Below, in pieces: positions 8,023-16,324 of a stretch of DNA of 51,714 nt. Every line of letters starts with the position of its first letter. The first letter of the stretch is position 1. The notes below the pieces were generated by a model. The model saw only the letters and a list, made by a program, of their open reading frames with translations, made no database searches and was not told where the DNA came from. This stretch comes from a virus. Both the position numbers and the translations under genes were made by a program. The stretch spans positions 1 to 51,714 of the IMG/VR virus record IMGVR_UViG_3300021389_000035; one strand, 5' to 3'.

Positions 8023-8973
8023 ATGGAGCAATACATGAAAGATGAATTCTTATGGGTCGAGCGGTTTCGTCCACAGAAAGTATCAGACACTATCCTGTCG
8101 TCTGACCTAAAAGTAACATTCCAAAAGATCGTAGATGGTGGTGAACTACCTAACATGTTGTTCTCTGGTACTGCGGGTACTGGTAAGACGACTATCGCAC
8201 GTGCCATGTGTGACGAACTTGGTCTTGACTATATTGTCATCAACGGATCTGAAGAGGGTAACATTGATACTCTTCGTGGTAAGATCAAACAGTTTGCATC
8301 CTCGGTATCACTGTCCGGTGGTTACAAGGTTGTTATCCTAGATGAGGCTGACTATCTCAATCCTCAATCTACCCAACCCGCTCTCCGTGGGTTTATCGAG
8401 GAGTTCTCTAATAACTGTCGGTTCATTCTGACATGTAACTTCAAGAACCGTGTAATCGAACCACTACACAGTCGTTGTTCTAATTATGAGTTTAACTTCT
8501 CTAAGAAGATTATGCAACAGTTGTGCGGTCAGTTTATGGTACGTGCACAGGATATTCTGGAAGGTGAGAATGTCAACTATAACAAAGATGTACTTGCGCA
8601 GTTGATTATGAAACACGCACCGGACTGGAGACGTGTTCTGAATGAACTACAACGACACAGTATCTCTGGTCAGTTGGAAACTACGTCTATTATCACTGAC
8701 GCAAACTCAAACTACAGTCTTTTATTCAAGGCGCTGAAGGGTAAAGACTTCAAGAAGATGCGTGGGTGGGTCGTTAACAATATGGATGTGGAACCCGCAT
8801 CTATCTTCCGTGGTATATACGATGCAATGTCCGAGTATGTACAACCCCAATCTATTCCGCAACTGGTGTTGATCCTCGCTGATTATCAATACAAGAATTC
8901 TTTTGTTGCGGATCACGAACTAAATCTGGTCGCATGTATGACCGAAATTATGGCTAATGTAGAGGTGAAATGA
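8023..8973 (+). CDS. gp44: gp44 clamp-loader large subunit (AAA+)
   Basis: Walker A GTAGTGKTT, Walker B VVILDEAD, SRC motif (LHSRC). Collinear with T4 gp44. ATG 8035 (GGAG 7 nt upstream) is an alternative start. Confidence 0.9.
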   Translation: MEQYMKDEFLWVERFRPQKVSDTILSSDLKVTFQKIVDGGELPNMLFSGTAGTGKTTIARAMCDELGLDYIVINGSEEGNIDTLRGKIKQFASSVSLSGGYKVVILDEADYLNPQSTQPALRGFIEEFSNNCRFILTCNFKNRVIEPLHSRCSNYEFNFSKKIMQQLCGQFMVRAQDILEGENVNYNKDVLAQLIMKHAPDWRRVLNELQRHSISGQLETTSIITDANSNYSLLFKALKGKDFKKMRGWVVNNMDVEPASIFRGIYDAMSEYVQPQSIPQLVLILADYQYKNSFVADHELNLVACMTEIMANVEVK

Positions 8974-9392
8974 TGAGTGATTTTCAAACAGAAGTAGAAG
9001 ATTTTATGTTAATTGGCGGACAGGAATATCCTTGTTCTCAGGGTTGTCACCTATATGAAGACCCTAAAGATAATGACGACCAAGTTCAACTGTATATGGA
9101 TCTAATTACCGAAGAGTATAATGAGACCCTTGAAGCATATAGGGACGGTGATATCGTAGAACTCGCAGATGGTCTTGCGGATATGGTATGGGTTATCATG
9201 GGTATGGCGTCAAGTCTTGATATCGATTTCGAAGATGTGTGGGAAGAAGTTAAACGATCCAATATGTCTAAGTTTGTTGATGGTGTTGCGATTCGTAACC
9301 CCGAGACAGGTAAGATTATGAAACCGGATACTTTCTCCGAACCAGATATTGCGAGAGTGTTGGGTAGCCAAATCTGTAACGCACGTGTGTAA
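8970..9392 (+). CDS. mazG: MazG-like nucleoside triphosphate pyrophosphohydrolase
   Basis: 140 aa. EEYNETLEA ... ELADGLADMVWV pattern of the all-alpha MazG fold. ATGA overlap with gene 44. Confidence 0.75.
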   Translation: MMSDFQTEVEDFMLIGGQEYPCSQGCHLYEDPKDNDDQVQLYMDLITEEYNETLEAYRDGDIVELADGLADMVWVIMGMASSLDIDFEDVWEEVKRSNMSKFVDGVAIRNPETGKIMKPDTFSEPDIARVLGSQICNARV

Positions 9393-9393
9393 G

Positions 9394-9828
9394 GTGTCTA
9401 AATGGGACGTAGCGCATATGGATACTGCACGTAGGTATGCGCAACTGTCCTCTGCAAAACGTGCACAGGTGGGTGCGGTCATCGTAAAAGATGGTCGTAT
9501 CCTATCTATCGGATACAATGGTATGCCTAGTGGATGGGACAACAGCTGCGAACATGAAGTGAAGACTGGCAACACAGGTTACGGTAGGAAACTAGTCACT
9601 AAAGACGAAGTCATTCATGCAGAGTCTAATGCAATCACTAAGGTTGCACGTAGTTCAGAATCTACCGAAGGTTCTACACTATATACAACGATGCTGCCCT
9701 GTTTAGATTGTGCAAAACTGATATATCAATCAGGCATTCGTAAGGTATACTATTCAGACCAATACCCCAAGGGTACAGCAGGATTAGATTTTTTAAATAA
9801 ATGTGAAATCCCTGTGAGTAAGATATGA
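9394..9828 (+). CDS. cd: dCMP deaminase
   Basis: HAESNAI (HAE) and PCLDCAKLI (PCxxC) zinc motifs; VGAVIVKDGRILSIGYNG. Start uncertain: GTG 9394 right after the MazG stop, or ATG 9349/9418. Confidence 0.85.
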   Translation: MSKWDVAHMDTARRYAQLSSAKRAQVGAVIVKDGRILSIGYNGMPSGWDNSCEHEVKTGNTGYGRKLVTKDEVIHAESNAITKVARSSESTEGSTLYTTMLPCLDCAKLIYQSGIRKVYYSDQYPKGTAGLDFLNKCEIPVSKI

Positions 9829-10478
9829 CAGATGCAAACGAAAATTATAATATGACTCCGGCAGATAATGTGTTGTATTTTCCTAATAACATCGATGTTA
9901 GGATATGTCCTAAGAATGGTATGTCTACCTTAAAAGAAGCATTACGTAGAGGGACAGGAGAATCACATTCTAGAGGATGGAAAGAAAGACATTATGCGGT
10001 ATCAACAAAAGGTGATCAATTCGATCTTCCATTCAGGAAAGGTTCCTATCGTATTGCCGTAAGACGTGATCCAATTGATAGATTCAAATCTGCGTGTGAA
10101 TTCATTCAGTCCGCACGTGCTTTCTATATTAAGCATGGAAGAGATTTACCCGACATATCACTGAAGATCGATGAGGTTATTGATGGTATGGAGAGTGGTG
10201 ATGTGAAAAATAGTCACTTCTATACACAGTCTTGGTATATGGGTCATCCCGATGATTATGATATGGTTTATCACATTGACGAGATGCCGAAACTTCTTGA
10301 CTTTCTCCAAGAAGCCTGTAATATAGAACGTGATATAAGTGTTTTACACGAAAACCGAACAACAATGAAATTATATAATGATGCGATATCACCTGATCAT
10401 ATGGTGAAACTTCGCAACTTTTACTTGAAGGATTACAAAAATGGCTGGTGCAAACAAGAAGACCGTCTCACCGTTTGA
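9825..10478 (+). CDS. sulfotransferase-like protein (tentative)
   Basis: 217 aa. RICPKNGMSTLKEAL resembles the 5'-PSB loop (xPKxGxT) and AVRRDPIDRFKSACEF the 3'-PB motif (RDPxxRxxS) of Sulfotransfer_2-type enzymes. Confidence 0.45.
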   Translation: MTDANENYNMTPADNVLYFPNNIDVRICPKNGMSTLKEALRRGTGESHSRGWKERHYAVSTKGDQFDLPFRKGSYRIAVRRDPIDRFKSACEFIQSARAFYIKHGRDLPDISLKIDEVIDGMESGDVKNSHFYTQSWYMGHPDDYDMVYHIDEMPKLLDFLQEACNIERDISVLHENRTTMKLYNDAISPDHMVKLRNFYLKDYKNGWCKQEDRLTV

Positions 10479-10836
10479 TTTTTTACAAAGTATTAACCAC
10501 TCGAAGATAGATATATATGAAGGTAATGAGAAGGGTTATGTCCCGTTCGTTATTAATCGCAGTCTGTCGTACTTCCCCGACACTGTTGCATTAGCGAATG
10601 AGATGAATCGGTATCACCATATTGATAGTAAGTTACAATATCAGTTTCTTATAAATATAGTTAGAAAAAGAAAACGTTTTTCTAAATGGGTAAAACCTGA
10701 GATAGAAAATGATATTGAAATGGTGAAAGAGTATTATGGATATAGTAATGACAAAGCAAGACAAGTCCTACCACTACTCTCCGCCACACAACTAACTATT
10801 ATAAAAGATAAGGTGAATAAAGGTGGAAGAAAATAA
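10441..10836 (+). CDS. gp62: gp62 clamp-loader small subunit
   Basis: 131 aa. YVPFVINRSLSYFPDTVALANEMN...RKRKRFSKWVKPE aligns by eye with T4 gp62 (..[21 protein letters not shown]...PRGKRYGKWAKLVE). Confidence 0.75.
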   Translation: MAGANKKTVSPFDFLQSINHSKIDIYEGNEKGYVPFVINRSLSYFPDTVALANEMNRYHHIDSKLQYQFLINIVRKRKRFSKWVKPEIENDIEMVKEYYGYSNDKARQVLPLLSATQLTIIKDKVNKGGRK

Positions 10837-10861
10837 TATTGTAGAATGGAACTCTGGGTTG

Positions 10862-11233
10862 ATGTTGGAAATCATTCTGGCAGAACCAGATGACTTTTTG
10901 AAAGTCAAGGAAACTCTCACACGTATTGGTATCGCCTCCAGACGTGATAATAAACTTTTCCAGTCCTGTCATATCCTTCATAAACAGGGTAGATATTTTA
11001 TTGTGCACTTCAAAGAACTCTTTATGTTGGACGGTAAGAAGTCTAACCTAGAAGCTGGAGATGTACAACGAAGAAATACAATCGCGACTTTACTACAAGA
11101 CTGGGGTCTGGTAGAGATCCACAATAAAGAAGTCGCAAAAGACTGTGCGCCTATGCGTACAATTAAAATCATCGGGTTCAAAGATAAAGAACAATGGGAG
11201 CTTTGTCCGAAGTATAATATTGGAAATAAGTGA
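10862..11233 (+). CDS. regA: RegA translational repressor
   Basis: From ATG 10862: MLEIILAEPDDFLKVKETLTRIGIA...QSCHILHKQGRYFIVHFKE, near-collinear with T4 RegA (..KKPEDFLKVKETLTRMGIA..QSCHILQKKGLYYIVHFKE). 123 aa vs 122 aa in T4. Confidence 0.9.
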   Translation: MLEIILAEPDDFLKVKETLTRIGIASRRDNKLFQSCHILHKQGRYFIVHFKELFMLDGKKSNLEAGDVQRRNTIATLLQDWGLVEIHNKEVAKDCAPMRTIKIIGFKDKEQWELCPKYNIGNK

Positions 11234-11763
11234 TGTTTGATATATTTACAGATAAAGAGGAATTCATTGCGGATAAGATCCCGTTCTTCGGGAAACTTCC
11301 TCTTGAAATAAGTGATGTATATGATTGGAACAGACATATGCACCTACTCAATACTCATCCGGATAAACAAATAGATTCTAATACGAATAAGTTTCGTATC
11401 GGATTAAACTCTTTCCATAGTAGACCGTCTGCACCCGACTTCGCACGTGAAATCGAACAAGAGATGCAGGACGTTTTTTCTTTACATGGAAACAAGATCA
11501 CCAATATAGCATTCACCGGTATTGGTAAAAACTCTGACTCTTATCCTTGGCACTTCGACCAGATGGATGTGTTCTTAGTACAAGTCCTTGCGTCTGTAGA
11601 GATGAGAGTAGAGGGTCATAACAACAACGAACCATTTTGGTTCAATCCAGGCGACTACGTGTGGTTGCCTCGGGGTACCCACCATCAAGTGATTCCCCAC
11701 GATAGTCGAGTAAGTTTTTCCTTCGGTGTTGAAGGAGACCCTGACCCATCCATTTATTTCTAA
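11230..11763 (+). CDS. JmjC/cupin_4-type 2OG-Fe(II) oxygenase-like protein
   Basis: 177 aa. WHFD (HxD) ... DVFLVQVLASVEMRV ... PGDYVWLPRGTHHQV matches the facial-triad pattern of JmjC protein hydroxylases (RoxA/YcfD-like). Confidence 0.6.
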   Translation: MMFDIFTDKEEFIADKIPFFGKLPLEISDVYDWNRHMHLLNTHPDKQIDSNTNKFRIGLNSFHSRPSAPDFAREIEQEMQDVFSLHGNKITNIAFTGIGKNSDSYPWHFDQMDVFLVQVLASVEMRVEGHNNNEPFWFNPGDYVWLPRGTHHQVIPHDSRVSFSFGVEGDPDPSIYF

Positions 11764-11870
11764 ATGCGGTATGATATTTTTGCATAGCCTCTATCAAGAG
11801 TATGCGTTTATATACATATATACGTAATGAAATAATTCATTATATAATTAAACAGAGGTTAGTAAAAGTT

Positions 11871-11978
11871 ATGGAAAGGTCACGATCTGATAAAATATCA
11901 GAGAGATTAGGAATGACTATAGTTAGTTTAGCAAGTGCAATTACGTTCTATATAACATTTAGTGCACTGATGGTATAA
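11871..11978 (+). CDS. possible 35-aa membrane mini-protein
   Basis: Hand-translated MERSRSDKISERLGMTIVSLASAITFYITFSALMV. AGAGG about 12 nt upstream. Only ORF in a 270-bp AT-rich gap. Weak support. Confidence 0.3.
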   Translation: MERSRSDKISERLGMTIVSLASAITFYITFSALMV

Positions 11979-12033
11979 AAAGAAAAACGGGTGAGGTCAT
12001 GAGACTTTGCCCCAACCTTTAAGGAAATTTGTC

Positions 12034-12846
12034 ATGAACCTGATTTATCAATATTGGGACGGTGAAGTAAAAGAATCATGTCGTGCCGGTGTTATGGCCA
12101 TGCAAGAATACGCGGAACGTATTGGTGCAGAGTACATCTTCGAAGAGAATCCTCAGTTTCTCAAAAATCATTTTGGTTACAACTTTGGTAACTACTCTCC
12201 GCACTACGGTGCATTCAAACCCATCTTCAATGAAGCATTCGATAGATACGATAAAATACTATTTGCAGATACTGATGTATTTCCGGTAGAAGGTCTAGAG
12301 GCAAACATCTTTGACGAATTTACTGGTGGGATTGGTATCTGTACAGAACCAGAACAACCACGTATTCGTACTATTACCGGTGGTCGCATCACTCACGAAC
12401 AAGACGAACGTTTCGCTGCGTTATGTAAGAATATGTTCGGAACGGACTTACCTAGAAACGAATATGGTATTGATGTTTTCAACACAGGAATGGTCTTGTA
12501 TTCAAAAGAAGCACGTGTTAAGGCACGGAAGACTTGGTTAGATCCTAAAAGATATGTTGAGTTAGTTCGTCAAATGGGACTAGACTCGTTCTATACTTGT
12601 GATCAACCATACCTACATGCAATGATGTTTGTACACGACTTTGAAGTACAACGTATGGATAATGGGTGGAACTCTTATATTCATTACAGTAGATATAAGG
12701 GTATAGAGGGAAGAGAACTCCATGACTGGAGAGATGATAACACCAAGTTTGTCCATGTCCAGTTTGCAGGAGCGGACAATCTGGATACTGAAACACATCG
12801 GAGAGTTGTAAACCTTCCCCAAGAACAATGGAACCTACCTAAGTGA
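12034..12846 (+). CDS. GT-A fold glycosyltransferase, GT8-like
   Basis: YDKILFADTDVFPV (DxD) and FNTGMVLYS resemble GT8 motifs. ATG 12034 with AAGGA RBS preferred over the track TTG 12007. Paralogue-like N-terminus to ORF 28757. Confidence 0.65.
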   Translation: MNLIYQYWDGEVKESCRAGVMAMQEYAERIGAEYIFEENPQFLKNHFGYNFGNYSPHYGAFKPIFNEAFDRYDKILFADTDVFPVEGLEANIFDEFTGGIGICTEPEQPRIRTITGGRITHEQDERFAALCKNMFGTDLPRNEYGIDVFNTGMVLYSKEARVKARKTWLDPKRYVELVRQMGLDSFYTCDQPYLHAMMFVHDFEVQRMDNGWNSYIHYSRYKGIEGRELHDWRDDNTKFVHVQFAGADNLDTETHRRVVNLPQEQWNLPK

Positions 12847-13646
12847 TCGCATACCAGATAGTAATAAAAGACGATCCTGTATCCGAAGAATACGCACGTA
12901 TATCACGTGAGTCTTTTCAACCTGCCATTGATGCGGGTATAATAGAAGAGATTCGAACCTTTCATGCGATCACTCCAGACTCTGTAGATTTTGAAGAACA
13001 TTTGTCAAGATATAATTGGCAAACTTCTATAATGCAGGCTGATCTACATGGTAGTGCCCCTGATGACCATTCTCCTACCGAGAAGGCAGGAATGTGTTCT
13101 CATTGGGAACTTATGCGCATGGCGTCCGAGTCTGATGAGAGATTCTTAGTATTGGAACATGATACCTTTTTGATAGAAGAACACTTGGATGTGTTGACAT
13201 CTATAATTAAGTTTATTGAAGAAATGGATGTCTTGTATGGAAACATTGGTTTGTTTATGGGGTGTTATACCTTGGAGAAGGAAACCGCTGCATGGCAATA
13301 CGATATGTTGACCCAAGGTAACTTCCCTATCAACTGTGGCCCATATTGCACACTACAGAGATTATATTCGACATACACTACACGTGTATTAAAATATGAA
13401 AATTATAGAGGTCGTGAGACAACTCTTGTGCATCCTTGGCACGGGTGTGACACTCTACATTTTGGTCGAAACATCCAAAAACCCTTCAACAAAAGGGATC
13501 CCAATATTGCATTCAATCCATGGAGAACACCTACTACTCAGGTCATATCTAAGAAACTTTGTGTTACCCAAGATCATCACGGGTACAGTCAAAAATTCAT
13601 AGATGCACCTTGGACTCGTCATCACTATTTTCATATAATAGATTGA
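12843..13646 (+). CDS. glycosyltransferase, GT25-like
   Basis: FHAITPDS and EKAGMCSHWELMRMASESDERFLVLEHDTFL resemble GT25 motifs (..fdAitPd.. and GEiGCalSH...lIlEDD). GTG start overlaps the previous TGA. Confidence 0.55.
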   Translation: MIAYQIVIKDDPVSEEYARISRESFQPAIDAGIIEEIRTFHAITPDSVDFEEHLSRYNWQTSIMQADLHGSAPDDHSPTEKAGMCSHWELMRMASESDERFLVLEHDTFLIEEHLDVLTSIIKFIEEMDVLYGNIGLFMGCYTLEKETAAWQYDMLTQGNFPINCGPYCTLQRLYSTYTTRVLKYENYRGRETTLVHPWHGCDTLHFGRNIQKPFNKRDPNIAFNPWRTPTTQVISKKLCVTQDHHGYSQKFIDAPWTRHHYFHIID

Positions 13647-13671
13647 CAAACTCCTCGTAATAATATATAAT
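13643..13671 (+). promoter_or_regulatory. sigma70-type promoter for ORF 13695
   Basis: TTGACA 13643-13648 (contains the TGA stop of the GT25-like gene), 17-nt spacer, TATAAT 13666-13671. Confidence 0.7.
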
Positions 13672-13694
13672 GGTTACATTGAGATGAGGAATTT

Positions 13695-14831
13695 ATGTTA
13701 CTAACTAAAGAAGATGCGTTCTACGCAGCAAATGTATTTACGGAGTTCTTTTCGAACTTTGACCGTATTGACGACTATATGCGTCAAATCAAGATGGAAC
13801 GTATGAAGACGTTCCCCACGGGTCTACTTGGTATGGGCCCCGAAGATGACCTGTTCGATGATTTCGACATGCACCCTAATGATATGGAGTTTGTCATCGG
13901 TGATTGTCCTCAGAACCAGTTCATGCAGTACATGGAGATCGTTACTTCTGCGCCCGTAGAATCTAGTATTCCGGGCAAACAAATGTTGAAGATTGTCAAA
14001 GAGAAGAACTCAGGTAAGATCTTTGGTATGATTCGATTCGGTTCTCCTACTATCAACTCACGTCCTCGTAATGAGTGGTTGGGTAATCCTCTGGACTCGT
14101 ACAATCCCGCAGTGATGAAAAGATTCAACGAATCTGTGATTATGGGGTTTAACATCATTCCGGTGCAACCCGCAGCTTTCAATACCTTGGGTGGAAAACT
14201 GCTCGCAGGTATTTGTTGTTCCCACCAAATGAGAAAAGAAATTAATAAACGATATGGTTCTAACATTGCGATGTTCGAGACCACATCCTTATATGGGAGT
14301 TCAACATCTGCAAGTATGTATGACGGTATGCGCCCATTCCTACGTTTTAACGGTTTGACAGACTCAAACTTCGCCCCACTGATCAACGATGATAACTTCC
14401 GTAGACTGAACGACTGGTTCAAAGAACGGAACGGTGGTGATTACTTGGTACCTGCTGACGCATCTTCTCGTAAGTTGAAGACGCAGACCAAGATGGTATC
14501 CATTATCAAAACCTCTCTCAAACAATATGATGTGGATGCCTATGCGAAGTTCTGTCAGATCTTTAAAGATGCGAAGGGTTTGACCGAGAAGAAACGTTCC
14601 TTCTTCTCTACCTATGGTTATGAGGCACAGTCCGTCAAGGACTATCTGAACCTCAAGACCGATGAACTCAAACCCGCAGAGAACTTTGACCGATTCGAGA
14701 TGGAGAACATCGTATCTTGGTGGCGCAAGAAGGCATCCAAGAGATTCGAACAGGTCAAGGCAGATGGTCGTCTACGTACCAAACTAGAAACGTGGAATAC
14801 AAATGCGGATGAAATTGACATTATTCGTTAA
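13695..14831 (+). CDS. hypothetical protein with DUF4338-like (Druantia DruA-type) core, tentative
   Basis: 378 aa. GKQMLKIVKEKNSGKIFGMIRFGSPTINSRPRNEWLG ... FNIIPVQP...LGGKLL ... YGSNIAMFETTSLYG follows the DUF4338 pattern I recall (G..LRYLV...G....FG......RD.WIGW ... RFLILP...LAS..L ... YG....LETFV). Confidence 0.4.
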   Translation: MLLTKEDAFYAANVFTEFFSNFDRIDDYMRQIKMERMKTFPTGLLGMGPEDDLFDDFDMHPNDMEFVIGDCPQNQFMQYMEIVTSAPVESSIPGKQMLKIVKEKNSGKIFGMIRFGSPTINSRPRNEWLGNPLDSYNPAVMKRFNESVIMGFNIIPVQPAAFNTLGGKLLAGICCSHQMRKEINKRYGSNIAMFETTSLYGSSTSASMYDGMRPFLRFNGLTDSNFAPLINDDNFRRLNDWFKERNGGDYLVPADASSRKLKTQTKMVSIIKTSLKQYDVDAYAKFCQIFKDAKGLTEKKRSFFSTYGYEAQSVKDYLNLKTDELKPAENFDRFEMENIVSWWRKKASKRFEQVKADGRLRTKLETWNTNADEIDIIR

Positions 14832-14838
14832 AAAAGTG

Positions 14839-14867
14839 TTGCCAAAGGCACTCTCTTTTGGTATTAT
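14839..14867 (+). promoter_or_regulatory. sigma70-type promoter (early-cassette-like -35) for ORF 14949
   Basis: AAGTGTTGCCA with TTGCCA 14839-14844, 17-nt spacer, TATTAT 14862-14867. Followed by an 8-bp stem (14871-78/14912-19) in the 5' UTR. Confidence 0.55.
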
Positions 14868-14948
14868 ATATGTGTAGGTTGATAGAACGACTCATGGTGA
14901 CTCCTTCACTTCCTACACACCCTAACTAATTATATAAAGGTATATATT

Positions 14949-16292
14949 ATGAAAATCTCAAAGACATACAAGTCAGTTGAATCAAAAACAACCAACACAA
15001 CTTTTGGAGCATATGCTTCAATGATCCCATCTGTACACGCTGACTTGAATTGTCAGTCTGTAACTCGTTGGGAATTAGATAATAAACAACAGTTTATCAT
15101 TTCTCTAATATTGAACACTGCACCGTCCAAGTTCATCCTTGCGCATGTACAGTCTTGTTTGACATCCGCTGAACTGAATAACGATTCGGATTCCTTCAAG
15201 TACTTTTCCAGTTTCACTAATCTGTATCACTATTTGAACCTAGACTCTAATAATCGTACAACCTGTATATTTTCTTACACCAAGGACGAGTTCTCTATTC
15301 CAGAAGGTAACTATGTAGTTGCTGAGGAAGTATACACAATCACTTCTTCTAATAATAAGTATTCGACTCTTCCAGTTGGTTTGAGAAATGTTTTGGATTC
15401 TCGTAAGATAACTTTGGAAATTTATCAGAACGCTACCCAAGAAGATATCACACGTCTCTTTTTAGTTGTGAACAGCGGTGTTTCACTAAACTCCGCAGAG
15501 TTGAGAAATCCAATTCTTTCTAACGTAGCTGACCGAATTAGGGAAGTAGCTACTAACGAGACTGAAAATTTCTTTAAGTCAAGGGTATTTACTTCAAAAG
15601 AAATGAATCGCCGCAAACTTGATGATTATGTCGCTGGGTTGTGCATGATTTACCTTGAGGGTTTGGAAGCTAAAATTACCAATAAGAATCTGGAAGGAAT
15701 GTATTATGACGAAAACGCTAATAAACTCGTCAATAAGTTTACCAAAGAGTTTTCTCGATTCTTAAAAATTGTTGGGAAAAAGTTGTCAGTATTCAAACGT
15801 GAAAATGGATTACTTGATCTGTTTGTCATTTACCTTGATCAGATAAGATCGGGTAAGAAGATCGTTGATTCTGAAAATTTTGTAAAAGATTACATCAATA
15901 CACAAATTGATTTGATTAAGGACAAAACTGAATATTCATACAACAAAAACGGTCGTTCAGCAAACTTTTCAGAATTGTTACGTTCACGTGAGATTAGATT
16001 TAATCAACTTCGTAACTCATTGATCACTAAGAATTTTGACGCTTCTAAGTACTTCATTGGACTAGACAGTCGTAGAGTTGGCAACCGTGAAGAGAAGTTG
16101 ATTACTGCTAAGGAACAGGGTTGGATTACTCCAGAAGGCGTTGAGATTCCTATGGAAGATATCTTGACGACTGAATTTGAAATCGGTCACATCATTCCAC
16201 ACGCTGATGGTGGAAAGACCGAACTGTCGAACTTTGCGATTCAGACCAAAGAAGATAATAGAAAACTTGGTAGGAAACCAATTGCAGTTTAA
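14949..16292 (+). CDS. DUF262(ParB/Srx-fold)-like domain fused to C-terminal HNH nuclease (GmrSD-like architecture)
   Basis: 447 aa. N-terminal ..CQSVTRW..QQFIISLILN..P and LNLDSNNRTTCIF (degenerate DGQQR motif). C-terminal EIGHIIPHADGGKTELSNFAIQTKEDNRKLG is an H-N-N HNH motif. Confidence 0.6.
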   Translation: MKISKTYKSVESKTTNTTFGAYASMIPSVHADLNCQSVTRWELDNKQQFIISLILNTAPSKFILAHVQSCLTSAELNNDSDSFKYFSSFTNLYHYLNLDSNNRTTCIFSYTKDEFSIPEGNYVVAEEVYTITSSNNKYSTLPVGLRNVLDSRKITLEIYQNATQEDITRLFLVVNSGVSLNSAELRNPILSNVADRIREVATNETENFFKSRVFTSKEMNRRKLDDYVAGLCMIYLEGLEAKITNKNLEGMYYDENANKLVNKFTKEFSRFLKIVGKKLSVFKRENGLLDLFVIYLDQIRSGKKIVDSENFVKDYINTQIDLIKDKTEYSYNKNGRSANFSELLRSREIRFNQLRNSLITKNFDASKYFIGLDSRRVGNREEKLITAKEQGWITPEGVEIPMEDILTTEFEIGHIIPHADGGKTELSNFAIQTKEDNRKLGRKPIAV

Positions 16293-16296
16293 TTAC

Positions 16297-16324
16297 AGAG
16301 GGGTTGACAACAACCCCTTTTTTT
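16297..16324 (+). terminator. rho-independent terminator overlapping the gene 43 promoter
   Basis: AGGGGTTG(16299-306)-ACAA-CAACCCCT(16311-318), extendable to 10 bp, then a 7-T run. Starts 5 nt after the stop at 16292. Confidence 0.8.

Noticed and set aside
10650-10657. Exact TATAAATA inside gene 62, about 200 nt upstream of regA. A 7/8 match TATAAATT lies at 2291-2298.
   Set aside because: At this AT content several chance occurrences are expected in about 100 kb of two-strand sequence. Only the two intergenic copies directly upstream of gene blocks (29509, 44836) were kept.
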